From Negaprion brevirostris (Eukaryota), in NCBI GenBank assembly GCA_030324005.1, contig JARDVH010000099.1, positions 74,897,824 to 74,961,823 on the forward strand: a stretch of DNA of 64,000 nt. The letters are read 5' to 3'. The notes below the pieces were generated by a model, which was given only the letters and a program-made list of their open reading frames with translations, did not search any database and had not been told where the DNA came from. This document shows, in pieces, positions 53,127-64,000 of the stretch (positions are counted from its first letter, which is position 1; each line of letters begins with the position of its first letter). The position numbers were made by a program, and so were the translations under genes.

Positions 53127-54108
53127 CTATACAAAAAGTAAATAAAGGACATGTTTGCCACAGCTCGAATACCCGTTTTCATTTTGCTCAAAAGTATTAA
53201 CAAAAATAAACTTAGACAACCTTGGAGTTAAATGTCACTAAAATCACATACGTTAAAATGGTAGTATTAAAGTAAAAAAAATTATCCAAGGCTCTCATTC
53301 TCAAGAGAATATATTTTTCTGCATTATTGAAAGTTTAGCTTTTTTCCAAAACCTCCCAAATTTTCTCCCTATGAAAATTATAATATCCAGGTTTATATCA
53401 AACATAGTCAGTCCTTGCTCATCAGTTCAGCAAGAACCCAAAACATTTTTNNNNNNNNNNTTTCTCTTAGCAGGGGACATTTAAACTACAGCTTTATGCT
53501 GAAACATTCTGCTTGTACTTCAGTGCAATGAAGGGAAAAGCAGATTGTGCCAAAATTTAGACAGATATAGCAGGATTTTATAGAGATAGAGTGAGAGATA
53601 TCACAGGAACAATGAAAGCTTGCACAGGACAGAGTTGCCAGGAGTCAGTTTGCCAGCAACATGTCTAGACAATTGATGTTGCTTGGCATGATGTCTCAGA
53701 TTTGATACAAGGTTTTTTTTTTAAAATAAAGCCATTATGCTCCAATTTTGACACCATTTGCCACCCTTGCTTATCAACAGAACTCCAGTCCAGTTTCAGG
53801 AAACAATATTTATCACAGCTCCAATGTAAATCATTTTTTTGATTCTAAACTGCAGCCCATTTGTGAAGTAGCACTTTCCTGTGTATTTTCAAAGTGACAC
53901 CACTAGGCAAAAAAAGTGTTCTGAAAAACGAGTCCATATGCATGTTAATGTTTAAAGCCTTTTCACCAACTGAAAGCTTCACATGTGATGATTCCAACGA
54001 TGGATCAAACATACCAACTGTCTTAATTTTCCCCATCCCTAAATGGGTAGAAAGCATAAAGGATATACAACACAGCAAGCCCAACAAGTTAACGATCTGA
54101 TGAAGGAT

Positions 54109-55923
54109 GGGCATGTGCTTATGAAAAGGGAGGACAGGAAAGGCAGGATTCAGGAACTCTGGATCACCAGGGAAATTGAGAGCCTAGTCAAAAAAAGGGG
54201 TGCATACGTGAGGTGCAGGCAACTAAAAAACAGATGAAGTGTTTGAAAAATACATGGAAAGTAGAAAGGAGCTCAAACAAGGAGTTAGGAAGACAAAAAG
54301 GGTCACAGAATGTCTTTGGCAGACAGGATTAAGGAGAATCCCAAGGCATTTTACACATCTATTAGGAACAAGAGGGTAGCTAGAGAAAGAGTTGGTCCAC
54401 TCAAAGGCAAAGGAAGTGGGTGAGATCCTTAATGAGTACTTTGCATCAATATTCACAAAAGAAAGGGACACATCGATTGATGGTGTCTCAGAGAGCTATG
54501 TAAACCGTTTAGAACAAGTCATCATTACGGGGGAGGAAGTGTTAAGTGAATTAAAAAACATTAAAATAGACAAATTGCCAGGGCCAGATATCATCTATCC
54601 CAGATTACTGAGGGAGACAAGAGATGAAATTGCTGGAGCCTCTAACAGAAAACTTTGTTTTCTCATTGGCCACTGGTGAGGTTCCAGAGGATTGGAGGAT
54701 AGCCACTGTTGTCCCGTTATTTAAGAGTAGCAAGGATAACCTGGGTAATTATAGGTCAGTGAGCTTGACGTCAGTAATAGTGAAATTGTTGGAGAACTAG
54801 CTAAATGGATTCAAAACTGGCTTGGCCATAGAACAGAGAGGGTAGCACTGAAAGAGTGTTTTTCTGAATGGAGATTTGTAACTAGTGGTGTTCTGCAGGG
54901 ATCAAATTGACTTGACGTAGCTAGTTTGATTAGCAAATTTGCGTTTGATTGGTGGAGTTGTGGATAGTGATGAAGATTGTCAGAGAATACAGCAGGAAAT
55001 AGATAGGCTGGAANNNNNNNNNNNNNNNNNNNNNNNNNNNNNNNNNNNNNNNNNNNNNNNNNNNNNNNNNNNNNNNNNNNNNNNNNNNNNNNNNNNNNNN
55101 NNNNNNNNNNNNNGTGGAGAAATGGCGGATGGAATTTAGTCCGGGCAAACATGAAGTGATACATTTTGGTAAATCCAATTTAGGTGGGAGCTACAAAATA
55201 AATGGCAGAACCATTAGGAGCAGCAACACATATCTGGGCATGCGGGTCCACAAGTCCTTAAAAGTGACAGCACAGGTGGAGAAGGTGAAGAAGAGAGCAT
55301 ATGGCATACTTGCCTTCATTGGGACAGGGCATCGGGTATAAAAATTGGCAAACTGTGTTACAATTATATAAAATGTTGGTTAGGCGACATTTGGAATACT
55401 GTGTCCAATTCTGGTCACCACACTACTAGAAGGATGTGGAGGCTTTGGAGAGAGTACAAAGAAAGCTCACCAGCATGTTGCCTGGTATGGAGGATATTAG
55501 CTATGAGGGGAGATTGAATAAACTGGGATTGTTTTCCTGGAAAGACAGCGGCTGAGGGGCGACCTGGTAGAAGTTTGTAAAATTATAAGGTGTATAGATA
55601 GGGTGAACAATTGGAAGCTTTTTCTCAGGGCAGAAATGACGATTACAAGGGAGCACATGTTCACGGTAAGGGGGAAAGATTCAGTAGAAACGTACAGGGG
55701 AAGTTTTTTTTCCCACAGAGTGGTGGGGGCCTGGAATGCACTGCCAAGTGAGGTGTTGACGTAGATACATTAGCAACATTTAAGACTCATCTGGATAGAC
55801 ATATGAACAGACGGGGCATAGAGGGATGCAAGCGGTTGATCTAGATAGGACAACGTGATTGGCGCAGGCCTGAAGGGCTGAAGAGCCTGCTCGTACGCTG
55901 TACTGTTCTTTATTCTTTTGTTC
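54109..55923 (+). mobile_element. 5'-truncated CR1 LINE with 7-bp TSD GAAGGAT
   Basis: ORF2 fragments (ILNEYFASIFTKE, KLPGPDIIYPRLLRE, EKWRMEFSPGKHEVIHFG); ttcttt-type tail; GAAGGAT at 54102-54108 and 55924-55930. Confidence 0.9.
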
Positions 55924-55930
55924 GAAGGAT

Positions 55931-56045
55931 CACGTAAACTTGAAAAGTTGGCTCTATTCTCTCCCCACAGATGCCATCAGACCTAAGATTTTCCAGCATT
56001 TTGTTTTTGTTTCAGATTCCAGCATCTGTAGTATTTTGCTTTTAT
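55931..56045 (+). mobile_element. Penelope-like terminal repeat (3' part; its 5' part is at about 54097-54108)
   Basis: 'gaaaagttggctctattctctccccacagatgcc...ttttccagcatttt...gattccagcatctgtagtattttgctttt'; related pieces at 5840, about 31065 and about 58230. Confidence 0.6.
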
Positions 56046-56339
56046 TTAAGTCAGTAACGGTAATGTTTATATTCCCATTTTTCTCATCCAAGTCTACCAT
56101 CACAGCCATCTAATTCCTTCTCCCTCATATGCTTATCTTGCTTTGTTTAAATGCACTTATTCACTTTTTCCTCAATGCTTGTTGAGCTTCACTTTAACAT
56201 ACCGGCTCATTTCGACCTCTCCCTGTGCTAGAAAATTCCACATTTCACTACTCTTCAGATAGCAGTTTCTTCAGAATTTCTTTTGACACCTTGGTCATGC
56301 TTTTCCTAGCAAATCCAACCACAAAGCTGCGCTCCTGTT

Positions 56340-58132
56340 CCTGGCTTACAAGCAAAAACTGAAACGGGAGAATCCATCAAAGAAAGTCATGCAACTTTGA
56401 TCTGAGGAATTAGATGATCGCCCACAGGGCTGCTTGGAGTCAGTATTTGAAAACTGTGGTCAGCCTGAACAAGTACAAGTACACTACAGTAGCTGACTTC
56501 TACTGTGTGCCAAAGAAGCAAAGCAATGTGTTCCCCAACCAGAAACCATGGATGAACAGGAATATCCACTGCTTGCTGAAGTCTAGATTTGAGGCATCTG
56601 AGTCAGGTGACCCTGATCTTTACAAGAAAGCCAGATACAAACTAAGGAGAGCCAAAGATGCCAAAAGACAGTATCAGACCAAGCTGAAGTCCCAGCCACA
56701 CAGACCCCTGCTGACTATGGCAAGGTCTGCAAGACATAACAGGTTACAAAATGAAGGCATATAAAATTACCAGAACCAACATACCCCTTCATGATTAAGC
56801 TCAATGCATTATATGCCCATTTTGCGAAGAGGTCAGTGAGAGCATGCCCTCCACCCCAGAAGCCTCGGATGAACTTTTATCTGAGGTCACCATTGTAGAT
56901 GTCAGATCAGTCTTCTTGAAGGTCAGCGCACAGAAAGCGACTGGTGCAGATGAGGACTCAGATCTGCTGCGGACCAGCTGGCAGGTGTATTTGCAGACAT
57001 CTTCAACCTCTCTTTACAATCTGAGGTCCTTATCCGCCTCAAGACGATGACCATCAGCCTGGTACTAAAGAAAAGTTAGGCAGCATGCTTTAGTGACTAT
57101 CATTCGATGGCTCTGACGTCGATCATTATGAAGTACTTTGAAAGGTTAGTCATGACACGAATCAATTTGGCCTCCCAGACTGGCTGGATCCACTACACTT
57201 CACCTACCGCCACAAAAGGTCCACAGCAGACGCCATCTCCCTGGCCTTGCGTTCAACCTTGGAACCACTAGATAACAAAGACATCTATGTCTGACTCCTA
57301 TTTATTGATGACAGCTCAGCCTTCATCACTATTACCCCTCCGAAACTCCTCACCAAACTCCGCAGCCTGAGGCTTGGCTCCTCCCTTTGTGACTGGATTC
57401 TGGACTTCCAAACCGCAAACAGTAAGGATAGGCGACAACACCTTCTTGACGATCATTTGTTACACAGATGCCCCACAAGGCTGTGTCCCCAACCTCTTAC
57501 GATACTTCTTATACACCTATGATTGTGTGGCCAAATTCCCCCAAATCGATTTCCAGATTTGTTAATGTTTGCTGATGACACTGCCACAGTGGGTCGGATC
57601 TCAAACAATGACAGAGTACAGGAAAGAGATAGAGAATCTGTGAATTGGTACGATGACAATAATCTCTCTCTCGACATCAACAAAATGAAGGAGACAGCCA
57701 TTGACTTCAGGAAGTGTACTGGAGGACATGCCCCTGCCTACATCAATGGGGATGAAGTAGAACTGGTCAAGCTCTTCAAGTTTTTAGGTGTCCAGATCAC
57801 CAACAACCTGTCCATGCTGACACTATAATTAAGAAAGCTCGCCAATGCCTCTATCATCTCAGGAGACTAAGGAAATTTGACAGGTCAGTGACAACGCTCA
57901 CCAACTTTTACAGATGCACCAAAGAAAGCTTTCTTTCTGATTGCATGACAACTTGGTTTGGCTCCTGTCTGCCCATGACCGCTAGAAACTACAAAGGTTC
58001 GTAAACGATGCCCAGTCTATCACTCAAACCAGCCTCCCATCCATTGACACTTCCTGCTGCTCAGAAAAGCAGCCAGCATAATTAAGACCTCACGCACCCT
58101 GGACATACTCTTCTCCACCTCCTTCCATCAGA
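56340..58132 (+). mobile_element. Rex1/Babar-clade LINE, decayed ORF2
   Basis: VFPNQKPWMNRNIHCLLKSR, (C)ADQLAGVFADIFNLSL-like text, APQGCV...LYTYDC and FADDTATVGRISNND fragments. Confidence 0.85.
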
Positions 58133-60619
58133 TCTGCATCACAGGAGCATTATAGAATGACACCAAACCATGCGGAGAAATATTAGAGTAAAAACAAGGT
58201 ACTTTTGAGTGCTGACATTGTAAAATAGGTCCAGAAAATACTAGAAGCACTTGGCAGGTCTGGTGGCATCTGTGGAAAGAAACACAAGTTCACGTTTCAG
58301 ATTGATGTTGAGGATTTCAGTCTCAGATCAGCTGAGACAGGGCCATTGGTGCTATTCAGGAGCCCCATCTAGCATCGTAATCTCAACCACATTTGTTGCA
58401 GAGGAAGTCAGTGAGCTGAGAAGGTGCATGATTTGCTGGCCTTTTTCATCTGGGTCCTCTGAGTCAACTAAGCTTTTGTTTCTCCTGGACTCTCCCAATG
58501 CCCTTCCAAACAATCAGCCTCCAGAGGTACAATTGTTCAGCAACTAGCTCTCCATCATCAGCGTTAGCGTCCATCACCTTCATAACTCACTTGCAGGTGT
58601 GCTTGTAGCAGAGATATGGACATCCTGCAGGCTGTGACCCAATGCCCAGTTGACGGTACAAGTGGCCTTTGGGTATTTGGCCATCACCCACTAAATGAAT
58701 GTGCCCGAGCCAGTGCAGTTGCCATGAGCTTTGCAATGTGTCGGTTACTTGTGACATAGGGATCAAAACTTCTTTCTACAGCATTCAAATAGTGCAATTA
58801 TACAATGCGACACCTTTACAAAGGCAAAAGCAATTATAAATGTGATCAGAATTTATAATAAAAAGCTAGCAAAATGACAAATAGGATTAAGGTATTTGTT
58901 GTATTTTCCGATATTAAAATACCACAGATATTAGATTCTGTACATCTGAGNNNNNNNNNNNNNNNNNNNNNNNNNNNNNNNNNNNNNNNNNNNNNNNNNN
59001 NNNNNNNNNNNNNNNNNNNNNNNNNNNNNNNNNNNNNNNNNNNNNNNNNNNNNNNNNNNNNNNNNNNNNNNNNNNNNNNNNNNNNNNNNNNNNNNNNNNN
59101 NNNNNNNNNNNNNNNNNNNNNNNNNNNNNNNNNNNNNNNNNNNNNNNNNNNNNNNNNNNNNNNNNNNNNNNNNNNNNNNNNNNNNNNNNNNNNNNNNNNN
59201 NNNNNNNNNNNNNNNNNNNNNNNNNNNNNNNNNNNNNNNNNNNNNNNNNNNNNNNNNNNNNNNNNNNNNNNNNNNNNNNNNNNNNNTGCTTCAAATGAAG
59301 CTGAAATGTAACCTAATGACTTCAACCAAGTGCAGCATGTTGATACTACACTTGATCTGAGCCTTAACATTTGCTGAGGACAATTAAGAGCCAACTATGT
59401 TTCCAAGGAACTGCAGTCACATTTAGGGGACCCTGTATAAGCTTGGAAAGTTTTCTTCCATTAAAGGCATGAGTGAACCAGTTGGAGTTTTACCATAACT
59501 GGACAGTTAGTCACTTTTAATCCAGTAATCTAACTAATATACCCATTTTATGTCTGTGCACCCTGTCCTAATTATTTCATTCCTTCTCTCTCTCTGTAAA
59601 TAGAATAAATAAAACTGGATCAGTTTCGGTATTGTTACTGTGTTATCTGGGGAATTGAGATGAATCAAAGTGACATAGGATACCTCCAATAAAAGGGAAA
59701 TTTACAAGGCATCACCACTGGGATACAGAGTAATTAATTTTGATTGGTTCCTTGAAAATAAGTGAAAGCTATCTTCCATATGCACATAACACAAGCAAAT
59801 ACAATTCTTCCCCTCATTGTATAAATACATAAGTAAATAAATTACTGGATCAGGCATAGCAGTGTAGCTCATTACTTGTTTAGGGATTTTTTTCAAGTGA
59901 TTATTTTAAGATATTGTAACCAAGAAAAAATGTAAACTAGTTTGCACATTTTCTACTTAAATCATTCCTTCTATAATTAGTTCTGATAATACTCTGAACT
60001 TAAAAATTCAGCCTGTTTGTGCAGAAACTGCTTCAAATGTGTATTAAGCCATAATCCTTCCTGCACGTCTCACTGTTCACACAAAACATTTTGATTTCCT
60101 GGTTGTTCGAGTTTTGAAGCAAATCAAGATTGTGTAATCATTTAGAATACATCATATATTAAAATATGACTTGCTTCAAGCCATTTCAACCTGTCTTTTT
60201 TGCTCATGTACTGTACTGTACATGCCAGCTACAGTTGTGGGATTGCACGCATGTAGTATAATATATAACTTCAGAGTTAGCTCATCATGTTTTGTTTATA
60301 TAAGCACAACCTCCTTCCAATGTTCCTAAAAAAGTGTTCCTGGGGATTTTCTAATGGGAGTGAAGCAGCAAGATTAATAGTCTAAAAATGCAGATGATTA
60401 CTGTTTCTGCAAATCATAAAAAACCTATTCTGGAATTATGCGTTGCTAATCTTCTGAGTGATATGACTACTGAGTGATATGGTAACTATGAACTGTAGGC
60501 TTAGTGCAGGCTTACTGGTGGAAAATGGTGGTGGTAATACAAATTTGGAAAATTCTACTGCAAGGGCAATCCTGATTTTCTTGTATATTTTGCTATTTAT
60601 TTGCTATTTGTATTTTCAT

Positions 60620-61020
60620 TACAACAATTTGCATTTACCTTTAATGTAATAAAGCATACAAAGGTACTTTGAAGGAGCATTATTGAACAAAATATGACAC
60701 GAAGGCACATAAGGAAATATTAGACCAGAAGATCAAAAGCTTCGTCTAAGAGGTAGGTTTTAAAGAACTTCCTTTCCTTTTCCTTCCTTTAAAGGAGGAA
60801 CGAGTTATACGTAAAGAATTCAAGCTTAAAGCCTGTGGAACTGAAGGCACAGCCTCCAAAGATGGAGCAATTAAAATCAGGATGTCTAGACAGAATTAGA
60901 GAGGCACAGATGGGTGAGGTGGGGAGCAGTGTGTTCATGGAGGGATTTGAAAACAAGGATGAAAACATTAAAATCAAGATGATGCCTGACCAGGAAGTAA
61001 TGTAGGTCTGAGCACAGGGT
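60620..61020 (-). mobile_element. L2 LINE 3' end
   Basis: Reverse-complement relative of 33228-33615 ('gggatttgaaaacaaggatgaaaac', 'gaaggcacagcctcc'). Confidence 0.7.
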
Positions 61021-61037
61021 GATAATGTAACATAAAT

Positions 61038-61147
61038 GGGTGGGATTCTCCAATCTTGTTCATTCCTGCATCACTGCCAGCAAGAATGGAGAATTAGGCG
61101 CTCAGCCAAAACTCCGTTCATTGCAGTGACACCGGAGAATCCCAGCC
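61038..61147. mobile_element. Tiny Harbinger-type MITE (110 bp)
   Basis: TIRs GGGTGGGATTCTCC / GGAGAATCCCAGCC (13/14 complementary); TSD not evident. Confidence 0.65.
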
Positions 61148-62498
61148 ACAGGCAAGGTTGGTGGTTTCTGGCAATAATTTTTCCAGCAAGTCCTCAGTTG
61201 TGTGAAGGCAGCAAGATAATCATCAAAATCTTCCAAAAATTATTTGGGCCAATTTTGCCTCCCTTTCTGCTGTTTGCTATTGGTAGGCATTTTTTGCTAG
61301 CATGTCTTTTCTTTGAAGAAATTTGCTGATTGGAGTTGTAAGTCCCACTTGTTATGTACTATTGGTATGTTCATAANNNNNNNNNNNNNNNNNNNNNNNN
61401 NNNNNNNNNNNNNNNNNNNNNNNNNNNNNNNNNNNNNNNNNNNNNNNNNNNNNNNNNNNNNNNNNNNNNNNNNNNNNNNNNNNNNNNNNNNNNNNNNNNN
61501 NNNNNNNNNNNNNNNNNNNNNNNNNNNNNNNNNNNNNNNNNNNNNNNNNNNNNNNNNNNNNNNNNNNNNNNNNNNNNNNNNNNNNNNNNNNNNNNNNNNN
61601 NNNNNNNNNNNNNNNNNNNNNNNNNNNNNNNNNNNNNNNNNNNNNNNNNNNNNNNNNNNNNNNNNNNNNNNNNNNNNNNNNNNNNNNNNNNNNNNNNNNN
61701 NNNNNNNNNNNNNNNNNNNNNNNNNNNNNNNNNNNNNNNNNNNNNNNNNNNNNNNNNNNNNNNNNNNNNNNNNNNNNNNNNNNNNNNNNNNNNNNNNNNN
61801 NNNNNNNNNNNNNNNNNNNNNNNNNNNNNNNNNNNNNNNNNNNNNNNNNNNNNNNNNNNNNNNNNNNNNNNNNNNNNNNNNNNNNTTCTCAAAGAGACCA
61901 AAACTGCACACAATACTCCAGGTGTGGACTCACCAGCACCTTATACAGCTAGATCTTCAGGTGTAATTTATTTCTTTCCTACTATGTGCTTACTCCCATT
62001 GCTACCTCCTTCAAAATCATCATTGTAACACTACTAAAGCTCTCTACCCTGGTCATTGTGTCAAGTGATAGAGCCAATCTCCATGCTTTGTTCAATCCAG
62101 AAATGAACACAGTCAGAAATCCTACTCTTCCCGACATTGCTTCCAACTCAACATTACTCAGGTCTATACCCATCTGCGACAGTCACACACCTTTACCCAC
62201 TTCATCACCTGACTCAACTTCCCCAAATTCCTTTGGCTGGCTTTGTGATCTCCATAAACTCACTGTTCAAAGCCTTGCTACCCATATCCTCTCCCACACT
62301 AAACCCATTTGCTGAAGCAAAATTATCATTGACCATAAATCCCTCCATGGTCTTGTCCCAGTTCCTGACTGCAAGTTTCTCCAGTTTTATATTTTATGTT
62401 CACCTCCCTTCTCCAATTTTAAGTCATCCAGTTGGCTTCCATGCATGCCCCTTCCTTCCCGCTGCAATAGCATAGCCTTTAGCTACATCACACAACTA

Positions 62499-63348
62499 TG
62501 GGTGGAATTTTACCAGCTTGCTCTGCGTATTGATGGGCGGGGCAAGTCAGTAAAATCACACGAAAGCCAAGAAATCAAGACCACGCCTGATTTCTCAACT
62601 CTCTCACGATCTTATAAGCCGGATTTCCGGCGAGGTCAGCCTCTTTCTGGAAATGGGCGGGAGGCTAAATAAATTTAAGTATATTCTAACGTTAATTTAC
62701 ACATGTTTAGTGAGCCTAATCTTCCAGGCTAACTTGCCTTTATGGTCTCGCTGGGATAGATGTTCTGTGGCAAGGAAAATACCTGCTCCCCAGGAATAGG
62801 GAACAGTCATCTTGGCCTCGCTGGTAGAACTGGAGGTCATTGAGGGCCCCAGAGGGAGGCCAAGGACAAGGGGGTGCCCCTTCAGCAGTGATAGCCTGGC
62901 ACCTTGGCAATGATGTGGATATGCCGGCGTTGGACTGGGGTAAACACAGTAAAAAGTCTGACAACACCAGGTTTCAGTCCAACCGANNNNNNNNNNNNNN
63001 NNNNNNNNNNNNNNNNNNNNNNNNNNNNNNNNNNNNNNNNNNNNNNNNNNNNNNNNNNNNNNNNNNNNNNNNNNNNNNNNNNNNNNTGAATCAGTTGGAC
63101 TGAAACCTGGTGTTGTCAGACTTTTTACTATGTTTACCCCAGTCCAACGCCGACATATCCACGTCATGACTACTATCGACACTGCAAACTGCCGGGTCCA
63201 AGTGGAGAGGATCTCCAAGAAGATTGCGCATATCGACACAGACATCAAGTTTTAAATCGGTTGGACTGAAACCTGGTGTTGTCAGACTTTTTACCTTGGC
63301 AATGATCACCATTTTGGCACTGCCGGGAGCAGATCCTACGGCAGACCT
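62499..63348. mobile_element. Harbinger-like non-autonomous element hosting a Penelope insertion
   Basis: Begins 'tgggtggaattttacc' with an internal inverted 'gtaaaatc'; GC-rich body continues on both sides of 62901-63306. Confidence 0.5.
62901..63306 (+). mobile_element. Young Penelope-like element with inverted and tandem pseudo-LTR pieces and a 14-bp flanking direct repeat
   Basis: ACCTTGGCAATGAT at 62901-62914 and 63293-63306; inverted arms at about 62910-62985 and 63091-63168; ORF start MTTIDTANCRVQVERISKKIAHIDTDIKF (63166-63255); third partial repeat at 63256-63294. Confidence 0.75.
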
Positions 63349-63369
63349 NNNNNNNNNNGCGGGAGAGGA

Positions 63370-64000
63370 TCAGTAGTCATGTGGAAAAATGTGGGTTGGT
63401 TTGGAAGAGACATGGATTTCTAAAAGGGAAATCGTGTTTAACTAACTTGGGAGTTTTGAGAAGGTAGCAGAAAGGATGATGAGGATAATGCTGTTGATGT
63501 GGTGTAAATGGACTTTCAAAAGGCAGTCAATGCAGTGCCACACAACAGGTTTGACAGAAAAAGTTATAGCCATGAAATAAAAGGAATAGTAGCAATTTGG
63601 ATACAAAATTGACTGAATAACAGAAAGCAGACAGTAATGGTTATGAATAATGGCTTTCCCTAGGGGCCGGTACTGGGATCCTTGTTTTTCCTGATTATAA
63701 ATAAATGATCTTCTAGACCTTGGTATGCAGGGAACAATTTCACAATTTTCACATACAAACAGTGAAGAGGACAGTGTAGAACTTCAAAAAGGACACAGGC
63801 AAGTTGGTGGAGCTGGCAGAGGGGTGGCAGATGAGGTTCAGTGTGGAGAAGTATAAGGTGATGCATTTTGGTAGTAAGAATATGGAAACAATATAAAATA
63901 AGCAGTCAAGGGATGAAGGGGCAGAGGGACCTGGGTGTATATACGCGTACATCATTGAAGGTGGCAGGGCAGGTGGAGAGCAGGGTTAATGTGAGGTACA
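63370..64000 (+). mobile_element. CR1 LINE RT fragment
   Basis: HGFLKGKSCLTNL...NAVDVV.MDFQKA and KYKVMHFG-like text. Confidence 0.85.

Noticed and set aside
58846-62028. Long ORFs of 126-224 aa in the ORF track
   Set aside because: They consist almost entirely of X from N gaps.
53127-64000. Next upstream AKT3 exon ([23 protein letters not shown]...APE)
   Set aside because: Not found by eye; it presumably lies beyond the window or in a gap.
1-64000. CRISPR arrays, operons or other prokaryotic systems
   Set aside because: The sequence is vertebrate intronic DNA with spliced exons; no regularly spaced repeat-spacer array or long intact ORF is present.

Overview
Vertebrate genomic DNA from a gapped draft assembly with many N runs. 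The repeat content (V-SINE/HE1-like SINEs, CR1, L2, Rex1/Babar, Penelope, PIF/Harbinger) suggests a shark or other cartilaginous fish; this is an inference. The only firmly supported gene is the 3' part of AKT3 (PKB-gamma) on the minus strand. Its last four coding exons are 53126-52912, 46709-46622, 25319-25217 and 17707-17622. All have GT/AG boundaries, splice in frame, and end ...[12 protein letters not shown], followed by a long AT-rich 3' UTR. Near 9.9 kb is a weak candidate for the terminal exon of the convergent gene SDCCAG8; its antisense strand could be an orthologue of the human alternative AKT3 last exon that lacks the hydrophobic motif. The rest is intronic or intergenic: decayed transposons plus several repeat-free, homeobox-motif-rich blocks that may be conserved enhancers. 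I see no convincing new multi-gene system. The best leads are the sense/antisense exon at 9.9 kb, a 171-bp intronic duplication with a clean 10-bp microinversion, a CR1 insertion splitting a hammerhead-ribozyme core, an ancient Gypsy provirus and a young Penelope insertion. Family names and human comparisons come from recognition and memory, not from database searches.
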